Shown: piece by piece, positions 12,691 through 25,236 of the stretch | Layout: each line of letters starts with the position of its first letter | Numbering within the stretch: position 1 is the first letter of the stretch | NCBI GenBank assembly: GCA_028534125.1 | Contig: CM052818.1 | Coordinates: 31,560,001-31,624,000, forward strand | DNA: 64,000 nucleotides | Origin: Lama glama | Taxonomy: Eukaryota | Reading direction: 5' to 3' | Notes under the pieces: model-generated | Told to the model about the DNA's origin: nothing | Databases searched by the model: none | Seen by the model: only the letters and a program-made list of their open reading frames with translations | Made by a program: the position numbers and the translations under genes

Positions 12691-14279
12691 CACCACACAA
12701 GACTGCCTCCTATCAGAGAGCTGGCCCTGCTGGCCCACAATGGCCCCTATGACAATGCCCAGCTGTGACAAGGGAGTAGGGCCTCCCAGGTATGTCACAA
12801 AGTGTAGCAGCTCCTGGTTTCCTCCTTACCAACCACAGAGACACAGGCTTCCAAGGAGAACCTGTTTTATTCACTAACTGGTAGCTGGTTAACAACCTGC
12901 TAGGAAGTGATGATGGACAATGCTGGTGTCACTGCTGTCTGCTGTCATCTGTCCTGCCCCAGGCAAGGGGACAGAAGGATGGCTCCTCAGATTCTGCCAG
13001 GGCATAGCCTTCACTTCTATGAGGCAATCCTCTTTGGTGGCAGGATTGCTGGGGGGACTCCCCAGCTAGGATCCCATAACCCAATCCTAGCTGGTCATGT
13101 TGGGTAAAGGATGGATAAGCCAGGACTGGGGTGGCTCTTTGAGGGGCTGTTTAAGGTCATTCTAGCTAACCCTCTTAGTGAGAAGCCCTGGTGTGTGGCA
13201 GTGGGGCGAGGCTGGGGTGGGGCAGTAACACTGGCGAGAAAAGGAAGGGGCATTTGGGAAGGAAGTTGGGTGAAGGTCTGGCTGTGCAGGGCAAGGAATC
13301 TGGGGTATCAGAAGTGAACAAGAGATCTGAAGACAGATATGAAAAATGGCAGGGCCTTTTCCTAGCTGCTTGCACTGAAGACTGGGTGAGTTTTGGGCCC
13401 TAAGGTAAATTTTTATTTAGATCCAAAAGTTTCATACAATTAAAAAAGAGGTGGGTAGGAAGGTGCAGGTTATATATTCAGAAGAGCGTTGGTGTCTTGG
13501 CATTAAAAATGCCGCTAACACTGTGGGAGCTACTGTTTCTCATTATTAAAATGGGGGACTATCATTTCTCAAAGTTAGTTTGTTGGGGGTGGCGAGTGTG
13601 CCAGGGAGAGTTCAGGAGTCACTTTACTATTAATTCCACTGAAGTTAATCATCTTTTTCCTTCTGGCTTTCAATATTTCCTTTTTGTCTTAGGTGTTCAG
13701 AATTTTAACTTGCTGTGTCTAGGTGTGTATTCCTCTTCATTTTGGGGGGAGCATTCAGCAGTCTTCTCAAATCTGTGGATTGTTGTATTTAATGATTTAG
13801 AACAAATTCTCTTCCGTCTTCCATTTTCCTTCTTTGTTTCTTTTGTTTGTTTTTAAAATTTCTTTTAGTTTTATTGACAGTTAATTGACATCCAGCACTG
13901 TGTGAGCTCAGGGGCTTCCTCCTCCACTGTCTTGGCCACTCCCTCCTTGTCCATTTTCTTGTTGGATATTGTATCCCTTTCGTTTTTCTTCTCATCACCT
14001 TCATAAGCCCCAACTGGATGTATATTATATATTCCATTTCTGCTCTCTGTTTCTACTCAGCGTTTTCATATTATTACCCTCCTTATTTCTCAATCCTCAA
14101 AGTTGTTGGGGACAATATTTGGCACATAGAAAGCCTGTGATAAATCACTGTACTATTTCCTGGTAAAGGTGGGTAGATATAAAATTGTTGGCAAGGGGTA
14201 GGTGAGCCTTATATTTAAGAGACAGACTTAAAAAAGAATCACTGCAGAATATGTTTGTATGCAGGAGGACTGGGACACA

Positions 14280-14635
14280 GCAAGGTCCTCTAAGTTTTGC
14301 TACTCACACACGGTCCCTGGGCTGCAGCCTCAGCCTCAGCCTGCAGCTTGTTAGAAATGCAGGCTCTCAGGCCTCACCCCAGACCTGCTGGATCAGAATC
14401 TGCATTCTAGCAAGAGCCCTGGAAGATTCATATCTACTGTAAATCCTGAGAAGCGCTGCTGTTTACAAAATTTCCTGAGAATATTGGAATCACCTGAGGT
14501 GTTTTAAAAACTACTGGCCCAGGTTCACACTCCCAGAGACACTGACTTAACTGGTCTGGGGTGAGGCCTGGGCACTAGACTTTTTAAAGCGCCCTTGTGA
14601 TTTTAATGTGCAGCAGGCATTGAGAGCCACCACTC
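14280..14635. mobile_element. Two adjacent MER5-type hAT-Charlie elements
   Basis: gcttgttagaaatgcagg...ccccagacctgctggatcagaatctgcatt, then aatcacctgaggtgttttaaaaa...ggtctggggtgaggcctggg...ttgagagccacc. Confidence 0.75.
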
Positions 14636-15079
14636 TGCATCCCTGGGGTTTCGGGCGCGGCGGGTGTCTGGGCAGGGAGAGCAGCAGAGGAAACTGGATG
14701 CCTGCTTAGCCTCCCCAGGGGAGAAACCTCCTTGTCACAGCGGGAGTCAGCCCTGGCTTTTGTCCAAAGGAGGCTGCAGGGCTTAAAAGGAGATTCTGGG
14801 TTCTAATTCCCAGTTCTGTCTCTCTAACAGGCTGTGTCCCTGAGCCCAGTCACTGCTAGCCAAAAGGACCAAGTAAGTGACATGTCCCTCGGAGTCCTCG
14901 TGTCATCACTTGAAAATGAGGGTATTTATTCCCTCCAATCATAAGGTGTAAAGTTTCCCCTACATTCTCTGTCCCTCCTGTTCATGGTCCTGCTGGGCTG
15001 GCAACACTGGGACCTTAAACAGCTTCAGAGCAGGTGCGCTGCTGAGGGGTGCAGAGCGCGTGATTCCACTGACATGAAG

Positions 15080-15270
15080 GTGGTGGGGACTGAATAGTGG
15101 TTAGCCTTTGGAAGAGTTCTTGACAATGAAGGGGCACTCAGGAGACTTCTGGGCAGTGATGGCTTTCTATATCTAGACCTGGGTGGCGGTTTTATGGGTA
15201 TATAAACCTTCACTGAGCTATTCACCTGGGACTTGAAGACTTTATGTAAATTATACCTCAATTAAAAGCA
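15080..15270 (+). mobile_element. Old L1M 3' end fragment
   Basis: ttctgggcagtgatgg...tatctagacctgggtggcggttttatgggt...tgtaaattatacctcaattaaaa. Confidence 0.7.
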
Positions 15271-15974
15271 AGCAGCAAGTAGTGTTCGGTAGGCCCTCAG
15301 GGGAATAAAAAGTTCACATCACTTGACAGCCAGGAGCTGGGGGACTTTGACTAGCTTGGGAGCTAAAGCAGAAACTGACTAGGTGGGGAGAGAGTGCGAG
15401 CCAGAGAGAGACCTAGAGAGACAGGTACAGACAGAGATGGACAGACAGAGAAGGTGCCTATGGCAATAAGCTGACCCAAATTCCAGGCAGTTGAATTAGT
15501 CTTAGGTAAAAGGGGTGGGGTTTGGTTTCCAAGTAGGGTGGCCAGCCGTACTGGTTTGCTCAAGACTCCCGCTTTGGGCACTGAAAAGTTCTGCATTCTG
15601 GGAAACATCTCAGGCCGAAGCAGTGGGGACTGTTCATCACCCAGTTCCCAGGCCCTGGGCTGCGGCTGGCAGGGAAATGGAGCAGGTCCAGGGAAGAGCT
15701 GCCCCTTCCCCAGGGCCCCCAGGATGGCTCTCTTCTCTTTGGCCAGAGGTGGCTGTGAGTCCACTGAGTCTGCAGTGAGGTAGCAGCCTCCCGCGTCGTG
15801 GCCATCCCAGGTTTTCCCCAACTATAGCTTCTGCCTAAACCACCTCTGCCTTCACAGCACCGTTGAGTTAGTTTGCAATTGTTTATTTGCTTATGGGTAT
15901 CTGTCAGCTTTGCGCCACTGCAGTTACGGGGCCCTTGCTCGCTCTGCTCTAGCTCTGCTTAGGGCCCCAGCACC

Positions 15975-16455
15975 AGGGCCTCAGGGTTCCTCATCTTTTG
16001 GGACCATGGATCCTTTTGTCAGCTTGAAGAAGTTTTAATCCTCTTTTCAGAATAATGCTTTAAATGCATAAAATAAAATGCAAAGAGTTGCAAAAAAAAA
16101 CAATTATGCTGAGATACAGCTACGCATTTGCGATAAAGTCAGACATGTCCTTTACAAATGCTTTATCTAATGAAATCCAGCAGCAGGTGTGATTTTGAGG
16201 TAGCCATGACTACAAATGGTGATTCATGATACCTGCAACAGGTATACCATGAAAATAAAAATACCTGTGACTTCTTTTGGTGACAGTCACTTGTGCTGCT
16301 GACACTGCTGTGGTTTGTTGCCTATATTCCTAATAGCCATAAGTGCTAAATTTCACTTAGTAGTTAATGAAAATACAGATGTAATTTTTCTGTCCCATCC
16401 AAATTCACATGAACCCCTGAATTCCACCCATGTGCCCAGGTTTTAAAAAATGCTG
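15975..16455. mobile_element. hAT-Charlie element (MER119-like)
   Basis: ccatggatccttttg...cagaataatgctttaaatgcataaaataaaat matches my recollection of MER119. Confidence 0.6.
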
Positions 16456-17595
16456 TGTAAGTTACTGAAAGATCAGAAGTGTGTATTGTAAACTGTGGAG
16501 TGCAGTTCCTGTGTAATGTTGTTAGTCCTTGGGGGATGTGGGTGCTTCTGGGGTGGGCATGGGAGGTTGAGAACCAAGATTATTAGCCAGCAAACTGTGA
16601 GGCCAGAAGCAAACAGAGGCACCTAGTCTCCGTGTTTCAGAGCTGGCTTTGTTGTAGTAAAATAACATTTGGCATGACCCTTGCCCTCTCCCTCATTCCC
16701 CAGTGTGTAGGGAGACTGATCGCTGGTGGAGCTCAAGCACTGAGGGGAACTGGGAGGCTGGAGAGAGGACTTTGGGGGACCAGCTGGAGGTGCCTTGGGC
16801 TCAGACCCCACCCATAGCTGAGGGAAAACGCTGCAGGGAAGGCCTCTGTCCTCCCTCCCTGAGAATCCCCACCAATGTCCGTTGAGACAAGCTTCGGTTA
16901 AGACCTCCTGGGCTCTCTTTTAAGATGAAAGTCCACCTGGGAGAGGTGCTGCATTCAGATCTCACGATCTTAGCGTGAGTGATCCTTCCATCACCCTGTG
17001 TAAAAGTGCAGGGGAGCAGAGACCCTGGGCGCAGGGGGCCCCATTCCTGGCACTGGCCCAAATGACCTCCAGCTGGAAAATTGCCCTCTAATTAGCAATC
17101 AGGAAATCAAAGCAGAGCAGAGCGCCAAGGAGCATGACCTCAGTCGTAGCCTGGTGACCTTCCAGCCCTTTAGACAGCGTGCCCCTGCCCCAGGGCTGCA
17201 GACCCCATGGGTTATTTTTTATCTAAGGGCGCTATTGTTGATTGGCTGAGAGCTGCTGTGGTGGGTTCCAGAAGCAGCCAGCTTGCAGCAAGGATTTCCT
17301 GTGCAGCTTCCTCCTCCTCCCTTGTGCAAAGGTCCCTCCCTTCTCCAGTGCTCACCAGGCAATACGAGGGAGGGCTGCTTGGAGCTCAGCCCTGGACTTG
17401 GAGGAGGCAAAGGGCATTGTGGTCCTTTCTGGCTTGTTCCCCTAGCATGGGCCACCCCAGCTCCACCCTTGGGTGCTGCAGCCCCATTTCCTCTGCAGAG
17501 AAAGATATAAAACTACTTCTTCAAGATGCCTCTGTCCCACCCCACAACTCTATAAGGTAAAAGCACTGCTCTCTAGAAAGCCAGGTTCACTAAGT

Positions 17596-17862
17596 CAGTG
17601 GCTCTCAAACTGTTTTGACTGTGACCTACAGCAAGAAAATTCTTTTTTCATGACCTAGTACGCACATTCATATACATGTAGGAATGAAACAAAGGATTCA
17701 GAGAATGACATTTAATCTTCCCCTGTCTGTTGCAGTCTGATTTTTTTCTCGTTCTGTTCTAGTCTTTTCTATCTGTTATCTTTCTTTTTAAAAATTCTGG
17801 TTGCAACCCACAAATAAATTTGCAACCCAATAAAGACTCATGATTCAGTTAGAAAAATACTG
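17596..17862. mobile_element. hAT-Charlie-type MITE
   Basis: Starts cagtggctctcaaact and ends agttagaaaaatactg (Charlie-like termini). Confidence 0.55.
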
Positions 17863-18941
17863 TACCAAATACATCTTGCTGGAGCTGTTTTTCTTTTCTG
17901 AATGAAGGAAGGGCACTAGAGTTTATACAGGGCCTCTGAATGAGGCATGGTCCTAGTTTTGTAGGTATCTATCCATTTTATAGGAAAGGAAGCTGAGACT
18001 CGGACAGGCTGAGTAGTTTGTCCACGAAATCAGCTGGAGTGGGAGCATTTATGCCATAGAAACTGACAAAAGCTTTAAATCAGGGTTTTTGGGTTTTTTT
18101 CCCTTGAGAGCCAGATCTTACACATTTACCAGCACATAATTGATTCTAACACCCCTCTTTCTGGTTCCAAAGTCAGTACATTTCGAAGCCCTCTGACCTC
18201 AGCTTCCTCATCTGTAAAATAACATTAAAAATGCCTACTTCATGGGAAAAAAAACATTCATTGAGTACATTCTGGTAAGTATGAGGGACAGTGACTGGAA
18301 CGAAACAAAAATGCAAATTGACTGTGATGTGCTTTGAAAGACAAGGTCCCCAAACTTCACTGTCTTGTAGAATTTCCATCATTGCTAATTGTAGTTTGTA
18401 CAGAAAAAAACAAATTTCATATATAAAAACCTACACTTTGCAAAACTGTTGTGAGAATTAGAAGAATGACGGTAAACCTATGGTCCAGTGCTCTGTCAAT
18501 GGTAGCCAATATTAGAAGAGTGAATTCATGTTTTTCTAATTGGAAATGGTAAAGGAAGTAGTGTGAATGAATTTCATTTCAAAGCAGGACTGCTAAGTAG
18601 GTAAATGGAGAGAAGAGAATTCTAATGAATATTCTGATACACAGACTATATTGACAAATAAATCACACATTAATCTTTGATATTTCAAAATTCTAGAATA
18701 AGAGCTTTATAGCGTCAAATGTATCCAGTCCCAGTGCAGCAGCACCCTTGCCATCTGACAGATGCCTCTGCCTGGTGACACTCGGAGAAGACTCTGAGCC
18801 TTAGGACAGTGTGGGCTCCAGTGCCGGACAGTGAGTGGCCTTGGCCTGCCTGGAACCTCCTCTGTCCATTGCTACTCTGTTCTCTGGGTCACACAGCAGA
18901 AGTCTGTGTCATCATCACCATCGTCATATGATAATAATGGC

Positions 18942-19393
18942 TGTATTGGTTTCTTACTGTGGCCCTAACAAATTACCATAAATTTAGTAACGAATTAACA
19001 CAAATTTATTATCTTACCTTTCTAGAAGTCAGAAGACCAAAATGGGTGTCACCTAGCTACAGTCAAGGTGTTGGCAGGGCTATGTCCCTTCTGGAAGCTT
19101 TAGGGAGAATTGTTTCCTTGCCTTTACCAACTTCTAGAGGCTCCTTCTCCCATCTTCAAAGCTAGAGTCTCTTTGACTCTGGCATTTACTCTTCTCCCCC
19201 TTATCAGGACCCTTATGATTAGATTGGGCTCACCTGGATATTCCAGGGTCTCCCAAGCCAAGGTCAGCTGATTAGCAACATTAATTCCACCTGCAAGTTT
19301 AATTCCTACCTGCTATGTAACATCGGAGAGTCACAGATTCCTGAGATTAAGATGGGGACATCTTTGGGGGTTGGGGGGTATTCTGCCTACCAC
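18942..19393. mobile_element. MLT1 (MLT1D-like) solo LTR inserted in a MIR that continues to ~19620
   Basis: tgtattggtttc...aacaaattaccataaatttag...aaggtcagctgattagcaac...attctgcctaccac; MIR core (ttttacagaggaggaaagtgaggcccagaga) follows. Confidence 0.8.
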
Positions 19394-20669
19394 GAAAGTT
19401 AAGTTTTCAGCACTTACCATATTCTTGGTACTGTTCTAAGCATGTTACTTGCAATAGTACATTTAAACCTCACCACAACTATAAGAGGTAAGTACCGATT
19501 TTACAGAGGAGGAAAGTGAGGCCCAGAGAAGAAAAGTAACTTGCCTAAGGTCACACAGCTAGTAAGAGGTAGGGCTGAGCTACTGATCCAGGAGCCTGAT
19601 CTCAGAGCCCATTCTCTTAGCTATAAGCACCTGTCAGTAATTGAAGGACAGATGTACAAACCAAATTCTATTTAATTTAATTCTCCTTTGATGATCCAGA
19701 AGCCCCTCCAGGATGTGGTATTGCCTCAGGTCTGTCAATACTGACTGCCATATGCCGCTGGTCAGACAACTTTGGTTGGGCCGACCAGTGGATTTCCAGG
19801 GGCTGGGATGCTTGGTAAGCCTGCTTCCTTCCCCAGGGGGCTTCTCACAATGGGTAATAGTAACTCTAAACTGTTGATATCTGACGTGGTATCTGATCTC
19901 AGCTACTTCTCTTTCCCTCTACTCTGGCCATGCTGGCTTCACAGACATTCCTCAAAAAAGTCAAGCCGATGTTTACCACGGGGCCTTTGCACTTGCTGTC
20001 CCTCACACCTGCAATCTCTCCACACTTTACACAAAACCCAACTGTCACTTCAAACAGGTCTCTGCCCAAGGAGAGCCAGACCTCAGGTCTAGCTTGATAG
20101 GAGATGTCCCCTTCTTCCCTCTCCAATATTTTTGTGGACAGAAGGCATTAAATTTCCCTTTTTCTCCCTCATGGTGATGAACAAAACGGGCAGATGAAGG
20201 CAGGTGCATTTGTGGGTGTCCTCACCTTGAAGCTCTCCTTGACTCATGTGCACACAGGATCCAGAACAAAAAGCAGGGGAGAGAAGGCAGGGGCCAGTTC
20301 CTTAGCTACCAGATCTCTAAGGGGAAGAAGTAAAAAACCTTGACTTGTGGAGTGCCTACGGACAGCTCAATCTTCACATCCCTCTGCAAAAAGTACTAGA
20401 AAAGAACACTGAGGATCCTGGATAACCCTGACCAACACATGGAGGGGCTGAGAAGGACTTAAATAAAACAGCACAGTTCATCAGTTGTCACCAATATTCC
20501 TCCTTTAGGGACAGGGGAAGTGGCATGGAGTAGAGTGGGGACAGCTTTGAAGTGACCGGCCAAACATGAAAAAGGATTATTTTTTGGTCCTAAATGAATA
20601 ATTATTCTACTCAGAATGTCACATGGAGACAATGAAAGACAGAAATAAAGATTCATGTTTCCAACCCTG

Positions 20670-21395
20670 GGGGATATTTGCATATGGATATACAGGTGTT
20701 CTAGAGTCATTTGTTGAAAATACTGTCCTTTCTCCACTGAGTTGCCTTGGTACCTTTGTCAAAAATTGAGCAACCATGTATTTGGGATCTATTTCTGGAC
20801 TCTCTATTCTGTTCCATGGATCTATTTGTCTATCTTGATGCCAATACTAAATGTTTTGATTGCTGTAACTTTGTAATAAGGTTTGAATTTGAGATTTGGG
20901 TTCTCTAACTTTGTTCTTTTTCAGAGTTGTTTTGGATAGCCTAGTCCTTAGTATTTCCGTATGAACTTTAGAATCAGATTGTCAATTTCTGCAAAAATAA
21001 AAAGCTTGCTAAGATTTTGATTGTGTTGAATCTATAGATTAATTTGGAGAGAACTGACATCTTGACAACATTGTGTCATCAGATCCATGAACATACCTCT
21101 CGGATTATGTAGGTCATTTCATTTCTCAGTAGTGTTTTGTAATTTTTTATTGAACAGGTTTTACACATCTTTTGTCAGATTTATCCCTAGTTAGTATTTT
21201 TTGATTCTAACGTAAGTGGTATTTTAAATTTCAATTTCCAGTTGTTCTTTGCTGGTATATAGAAATACAGTGAGTTTTTGAATATTGATCTTAGATCCTG
21301 CAACCATGCGGAACCCACGTGTCAGTTCTAGTAGCTTTTTTGGGTAGATTTCATAGGATTTTTCTACATAGATGATGTCATCTGTGAATATAGTA
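20670..21395 (-). mobile_element. L1 ORF2 fragment, antisense
   Basis: catttgttgaaaa...cctttgtcaaaaatt...ttgaatctatagattaatttggagagaactgacatctt. Confidence 0.85.
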
Positions 21396-22289
21396 TTCTG
21401 TGGGGCTATGTTCCAGGAGGCTGTGTCCTAATCATCTCCATCCTCCGGCTGTTGGGGGAACACAGAGGGACAATCCAAGATGAGGACAGCCAGGGCATGA
21501 ACGTTATCATCAGGGCAGCAGATCCATACGAGTGGTCTGACTTAGGCTAATGCTAAAATGGATTGAGATGCCATAATTCCAGGGGGTGGGCACTCTCAGC
21601 ACAGATCATTTGATGGTCTATATTCACCATGGTTAGGAGCCTACATGTGGGCCGAGTGAAGGCAAAAGTATCCAGCATCAGGTTCAAAAAATGTCCAAAA
21701 ACCTTTTCCACAAAGCACCACCTGCTCTCACTCTGACCTCGGTGAAGCCCCTTTCCTGGTCTCCAGGACTTCCACCTTGCCCCCTCCAACCCCATCTCCA
21801 GGGTCAGATTGGGTAAAAATGTAAATAATACCCTTCTAGGCCCTGCACTTGGAATAAAATCCAAACTCCTCACCCAGGCCCAAGAAGCCCTCCTTGCACT
21901 GTTCCTCCTCCCCTCTTCCCTCTAGTCAAGCTCATCCCAAGACTTCTCTGCCAGAAGCACTCTCTCCATGCACCTCCTCCCCTTCCTTCATCTCCTTGTC
22001 ACTTCTTCAGATGTCCTTCCTGACCCTTCCAACAGATACTCAATCTAAGAGCACCTGCTTTTCCTGCCTTGCACTCACTTTAATTTTACACTAGAGCAGT
22101 GCAGTGAGGACTGGGACCACAACTATTTTGTTTACCCCAACCTCTTAACAATGCCTGAGAAGTGCTAGGCACTCAGTCAATGGTTTGAATACCTCCTGGA
22201 GCTCTCTTGAGCTCTATGCACGCTCATCTATTAACTCCCAGTCTTTGTGAACAACTTTACATTATTATCTGGGGTCTTTCTCTTCCCTC

Positions 22290-22462
22290 AGAAAAGTGTG
22301 TATGTTAAACTCTCCCCAGGTGATTCTGAAAAATACTAATGCTTGGACCTCACTCTAGCCCACTGAAATTCAAGTCTCTGGGGGTAAGACTCAGGTATTT
22401 GTATATTTTTTAAAGTTCTCCTGGTAACCCTGATGTGCATCCAGAGTTGAGAATTGCTGGCA
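22290..22462. mobile_element. MER5-type hAT-Charlie element
   Basis: ttttttaaagttctcctggtaaccctgatgtgcatccagagttgagaattgctg. Confidence 0.65.
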
Positions 22463-22649
22463 TAGAAGGAAAAGCTGCTTTCATTCAACCAGCTAATAAA
22501 AACCATGAACAGGCTGACCCCAGAAGGACTAGCAGGTAAGATATGTAAGGACCCTCACATGGGGCTTCCCCGAACTCAGCCTCCTGCGAGAGCAGCTTCT
22601 GTGCTTTGTTTGTTTCAACAGAGCAGGAAGGAAGAAGGAAACCAGACCA

Positions 22650-25047
22650 GAGTGGAAAGCATTTTCAAACTTTATTTACAACTGTCACAGTGACAAAAAG
22701 TAGTTTGGAAAAAAAAATGCTAGTTTCTCCCTGAGCCTCAAAAAAGAACAGACAGAAGTTACAGGAGGTTCATCTTACAACAGGCATTTTTACTGAAATA
22801 CTAGGGTTGGTTGTTTTTTGTTTTTTTTTCCAATATGATCAGTTAGAAATACACACAAGTTACTAAAAAAAAAAAAAAAAAAAAAAAAGAGGAGGCCAGA
22901 CAGGAGCTCAGCTACTTGTCCAAGAGCAGCTGGGTCCCCCCAGCAAGCTCACTGCTGAGGGTCCTGACTTGAGCTGTCAGCCCCTGGCCTGCTCAGACTC
23001 CACATGGTCATACAAAGGGGTCTAGCGACCAGCAAAAATAATGAACCATCCCCATAAACACACATATACACAAAGTAGATTTGTTATGCAGTTTACAAGC
23101 ACGTTACCATCACACAGCAAGACCGGGACAGATGATACAGGGGAGCAGATGAGAGGAGGACACAGAAACACGGGATTTTCAAAGGCAAGACCCCATCCAC
23201 AAAGGGAGACAAGGGATGAGAACTGCTGCTGGGAGAGAATGCGAGTAGCGAGGAAACGCTTTCTGCAGCCCAAACGGGAGGAGAGGGAGAGAGAGAGAGA
23301 GAAATCCCCTCGCAGGGCAGGCTGCAGGCCTCTCCCACTTGCTCGAGGAGCTGGAAGAAGTTATTGCCATCGGTGTGTGCAACACAAGCAGGCAACACAG
23401 AGGGTGGGGGCCGAGGGGTGAAGGGGTGAGCAGTGGCTTCCCAGAACCAAGCCCCGCTGACATGTCCTCCTGCCCCAGCATTCTCCAGACCCACACTAAC
23501 CTGGAGGTATTAAATACAACCCAACAAGCAAGTCCTGGCCGGGGTCGACCTGGACTGACTGGAGACCTGAGGGGACATGGTGGGTGTCTTGGTTGGCCGA
23601 GTTCAGTCCCAGGGAGGGTCTTGAACTCACCTCTTGGCTGCACCGTCCTGCTGTGAGACAGAGATGGTTTGAAGAGTTTGTTCTGCAATCTTTGCAGCTC
23701 CAGGTGGTTCTTAACTATGATAAGAAGCTCTAAGTCCAAGCTAGCTTTCTCATGCAACTGTGCCCTTGCCAGGGACAAGTAGGAGGTGTCCCCCACGCCA
23801 CCCTCCTCCCACACCCAGGAATACCATGGAAGAAGCCAGGGATTTCACAACACCCTTTAGTTCCAGGTGAATACATGAGAGCCAGTCACTGCCATCCAAT
23901 AATTCCCAGGCTTTGCCAGCTCTTGGGACCTGCATGAAAGATTCTGCCCCCAACAAGAAACAGAAAAAGCCTCTTCTGCTTACCACTCAGCTCCCACCAG
24001 AAAAAGGCCAAAATCCCACAGGGGAGTGGGTGCTGTGGCTGGTCAGGCTGGCTGGAATCTGCCGCAGGGCTGGCAGCCACATGGGCCTGACTGCTGGGGC
24101 TGGGGCTGAGGAGGGTGGAGGGCAGGAGAGGGAAGGGCCTGCCTGGGAGAGCCCACCGCTCTGGGCCTCGGCTCAGGGAGAGAGCAAGTCTAGGGGGAGC
24201 CGCTGGAAAGAGGCCTTGGTGTTGAAGCATCTACCTCGGTCTTCCAACAAGGGTGGGAAGGGCTCTCACTACTTCCAAAGGGCTGGGGGGCAAAAAGGAT
24301 GAAATCAGGGGAGAGCTCAAAGGTGCGGCCTCTTAAAAAACTCTCCGGCTTACAGCAGGCAAGTGCACCTGCCAGGGCCTGAGGGGAGGGGCGTGGGGAA
24401 GGAAATAGGAGACCTTTTTTCTTTCCCAGCATGACCTCCAGCTGGCTTTGCAGGCAGCCAGGTTCTTCTGCTCCTTACCTGCCTCCCCATAGCAGACCAG
24501 CACACCCAAAATAAAAGCGAAGGCTGACAGTGGGTGAAACTGGAGCGAGAAGTCCCCGCAGCTAGAGTGAAAGGCTGCGGGGTCGGGACTTCTCTGCTCT
24601 ATGTTTTCTTTACAACATGTATTTTCTCTTCTGTCTCCTATTCGTTTTCTTACCCCTGGATGTTCCTTGCTGGCTTTGCACCTCCCCCATCCCACCCCCC
24701 CCCCAAGCCCAGAGCCCACTGGAATCCCACCACTGCCCCCAGCCTGCTTGGGTTCAGATAAAGATCTCAAAGATGCACCGCCTCGCCGCACCCCCACCCT
24801 GGCTCTAAGAAGCTTCCTTTCTCAGAAGGCCTGGCACGTCGTCGCAGAGGGCTCTGCTGCCCAACATCTCAAAAAAGGAAAAGAAAAGAAAAGAAAACCA
24901 ACTCAGTGATCTGCAGGTGCAAAACGGAAGCCATCGCTGGCCGTTTGCAGAACTAGTGTGGCGCACGTTCTCCTTCCGTCGCAGTGGGAAAGAACACAGT
25001 TCAGGTACAGACGCTGGCTGGTGTGACCCGGGGGCGCCGGCCGGACT
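22650..25047 (-). other. LBH: LBH 3' UTR (~2.4 kb)
   Basis: Stretch without recognisable interspersed repeats from the stop codon to an AATAAA, with U-rich tracts near the end. A MER5-type repeat begins shortly beyond (below ~22460). The cleavage site is estimated. Confidence 0.8.
22671..22676 (-). terminator. LBH: LBH polyadenylation signal AATAAA
   Basis: The + strand tttatt is AATAAA on the minus strand. It is overlapped upstream by TGTA and followed by a GU/U-rich downstream element (CTGGTCTGGTTTCCTTCTT). Confidence 0.82.
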
Positions 25048-25236
25048 TTACTGCTCCTTGTTTTCATTCGCTGTCTCTTCACAGTTATCCTGCTCATCCT
25101 CCTGGACCAAGAACTCCTCCGGGGGCCACCGGAGCTCCCCGCTCTCCACCTCCCCCTCTGTGGGCTCCACCACGATAGAGGGCAGACGGTCCTTCAGTTT
25201 GCAGCAGCGGTCGAAGTCTGACGGATCCGGGAAGAT
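25048..25236 (-). CDS. LBH: LBH coding exon 3 (IFPDPSDFDRCCKLKDRLPSIVVEPTEGEVESGELRWPPEEFLVQEDEQDNCEETANENKEQ*)
   Basis: Polypyrimidine tract + TTTTAG acceptor; 189 nt ending in TAA. Contains the LBH-family motifs RLPSIVVEPTE and ESGELRWPP. Total protein is 105 aa. Confidence 0.97.
   Translation of the reverse strand: MFPDPSDFDRCCKLKDRLPSIVVEPTEGEVESGELRWPPEEFLVQEDEQDNCEETANENKEQ

Noticed and set aside
23093..23814. 211-aa and 133-aa sense ORFs in the LBH 3' UTR
   Set aside because: Non-ATG starts, low-complexity composition including a translated (CT)n tract, and no family resemblance.
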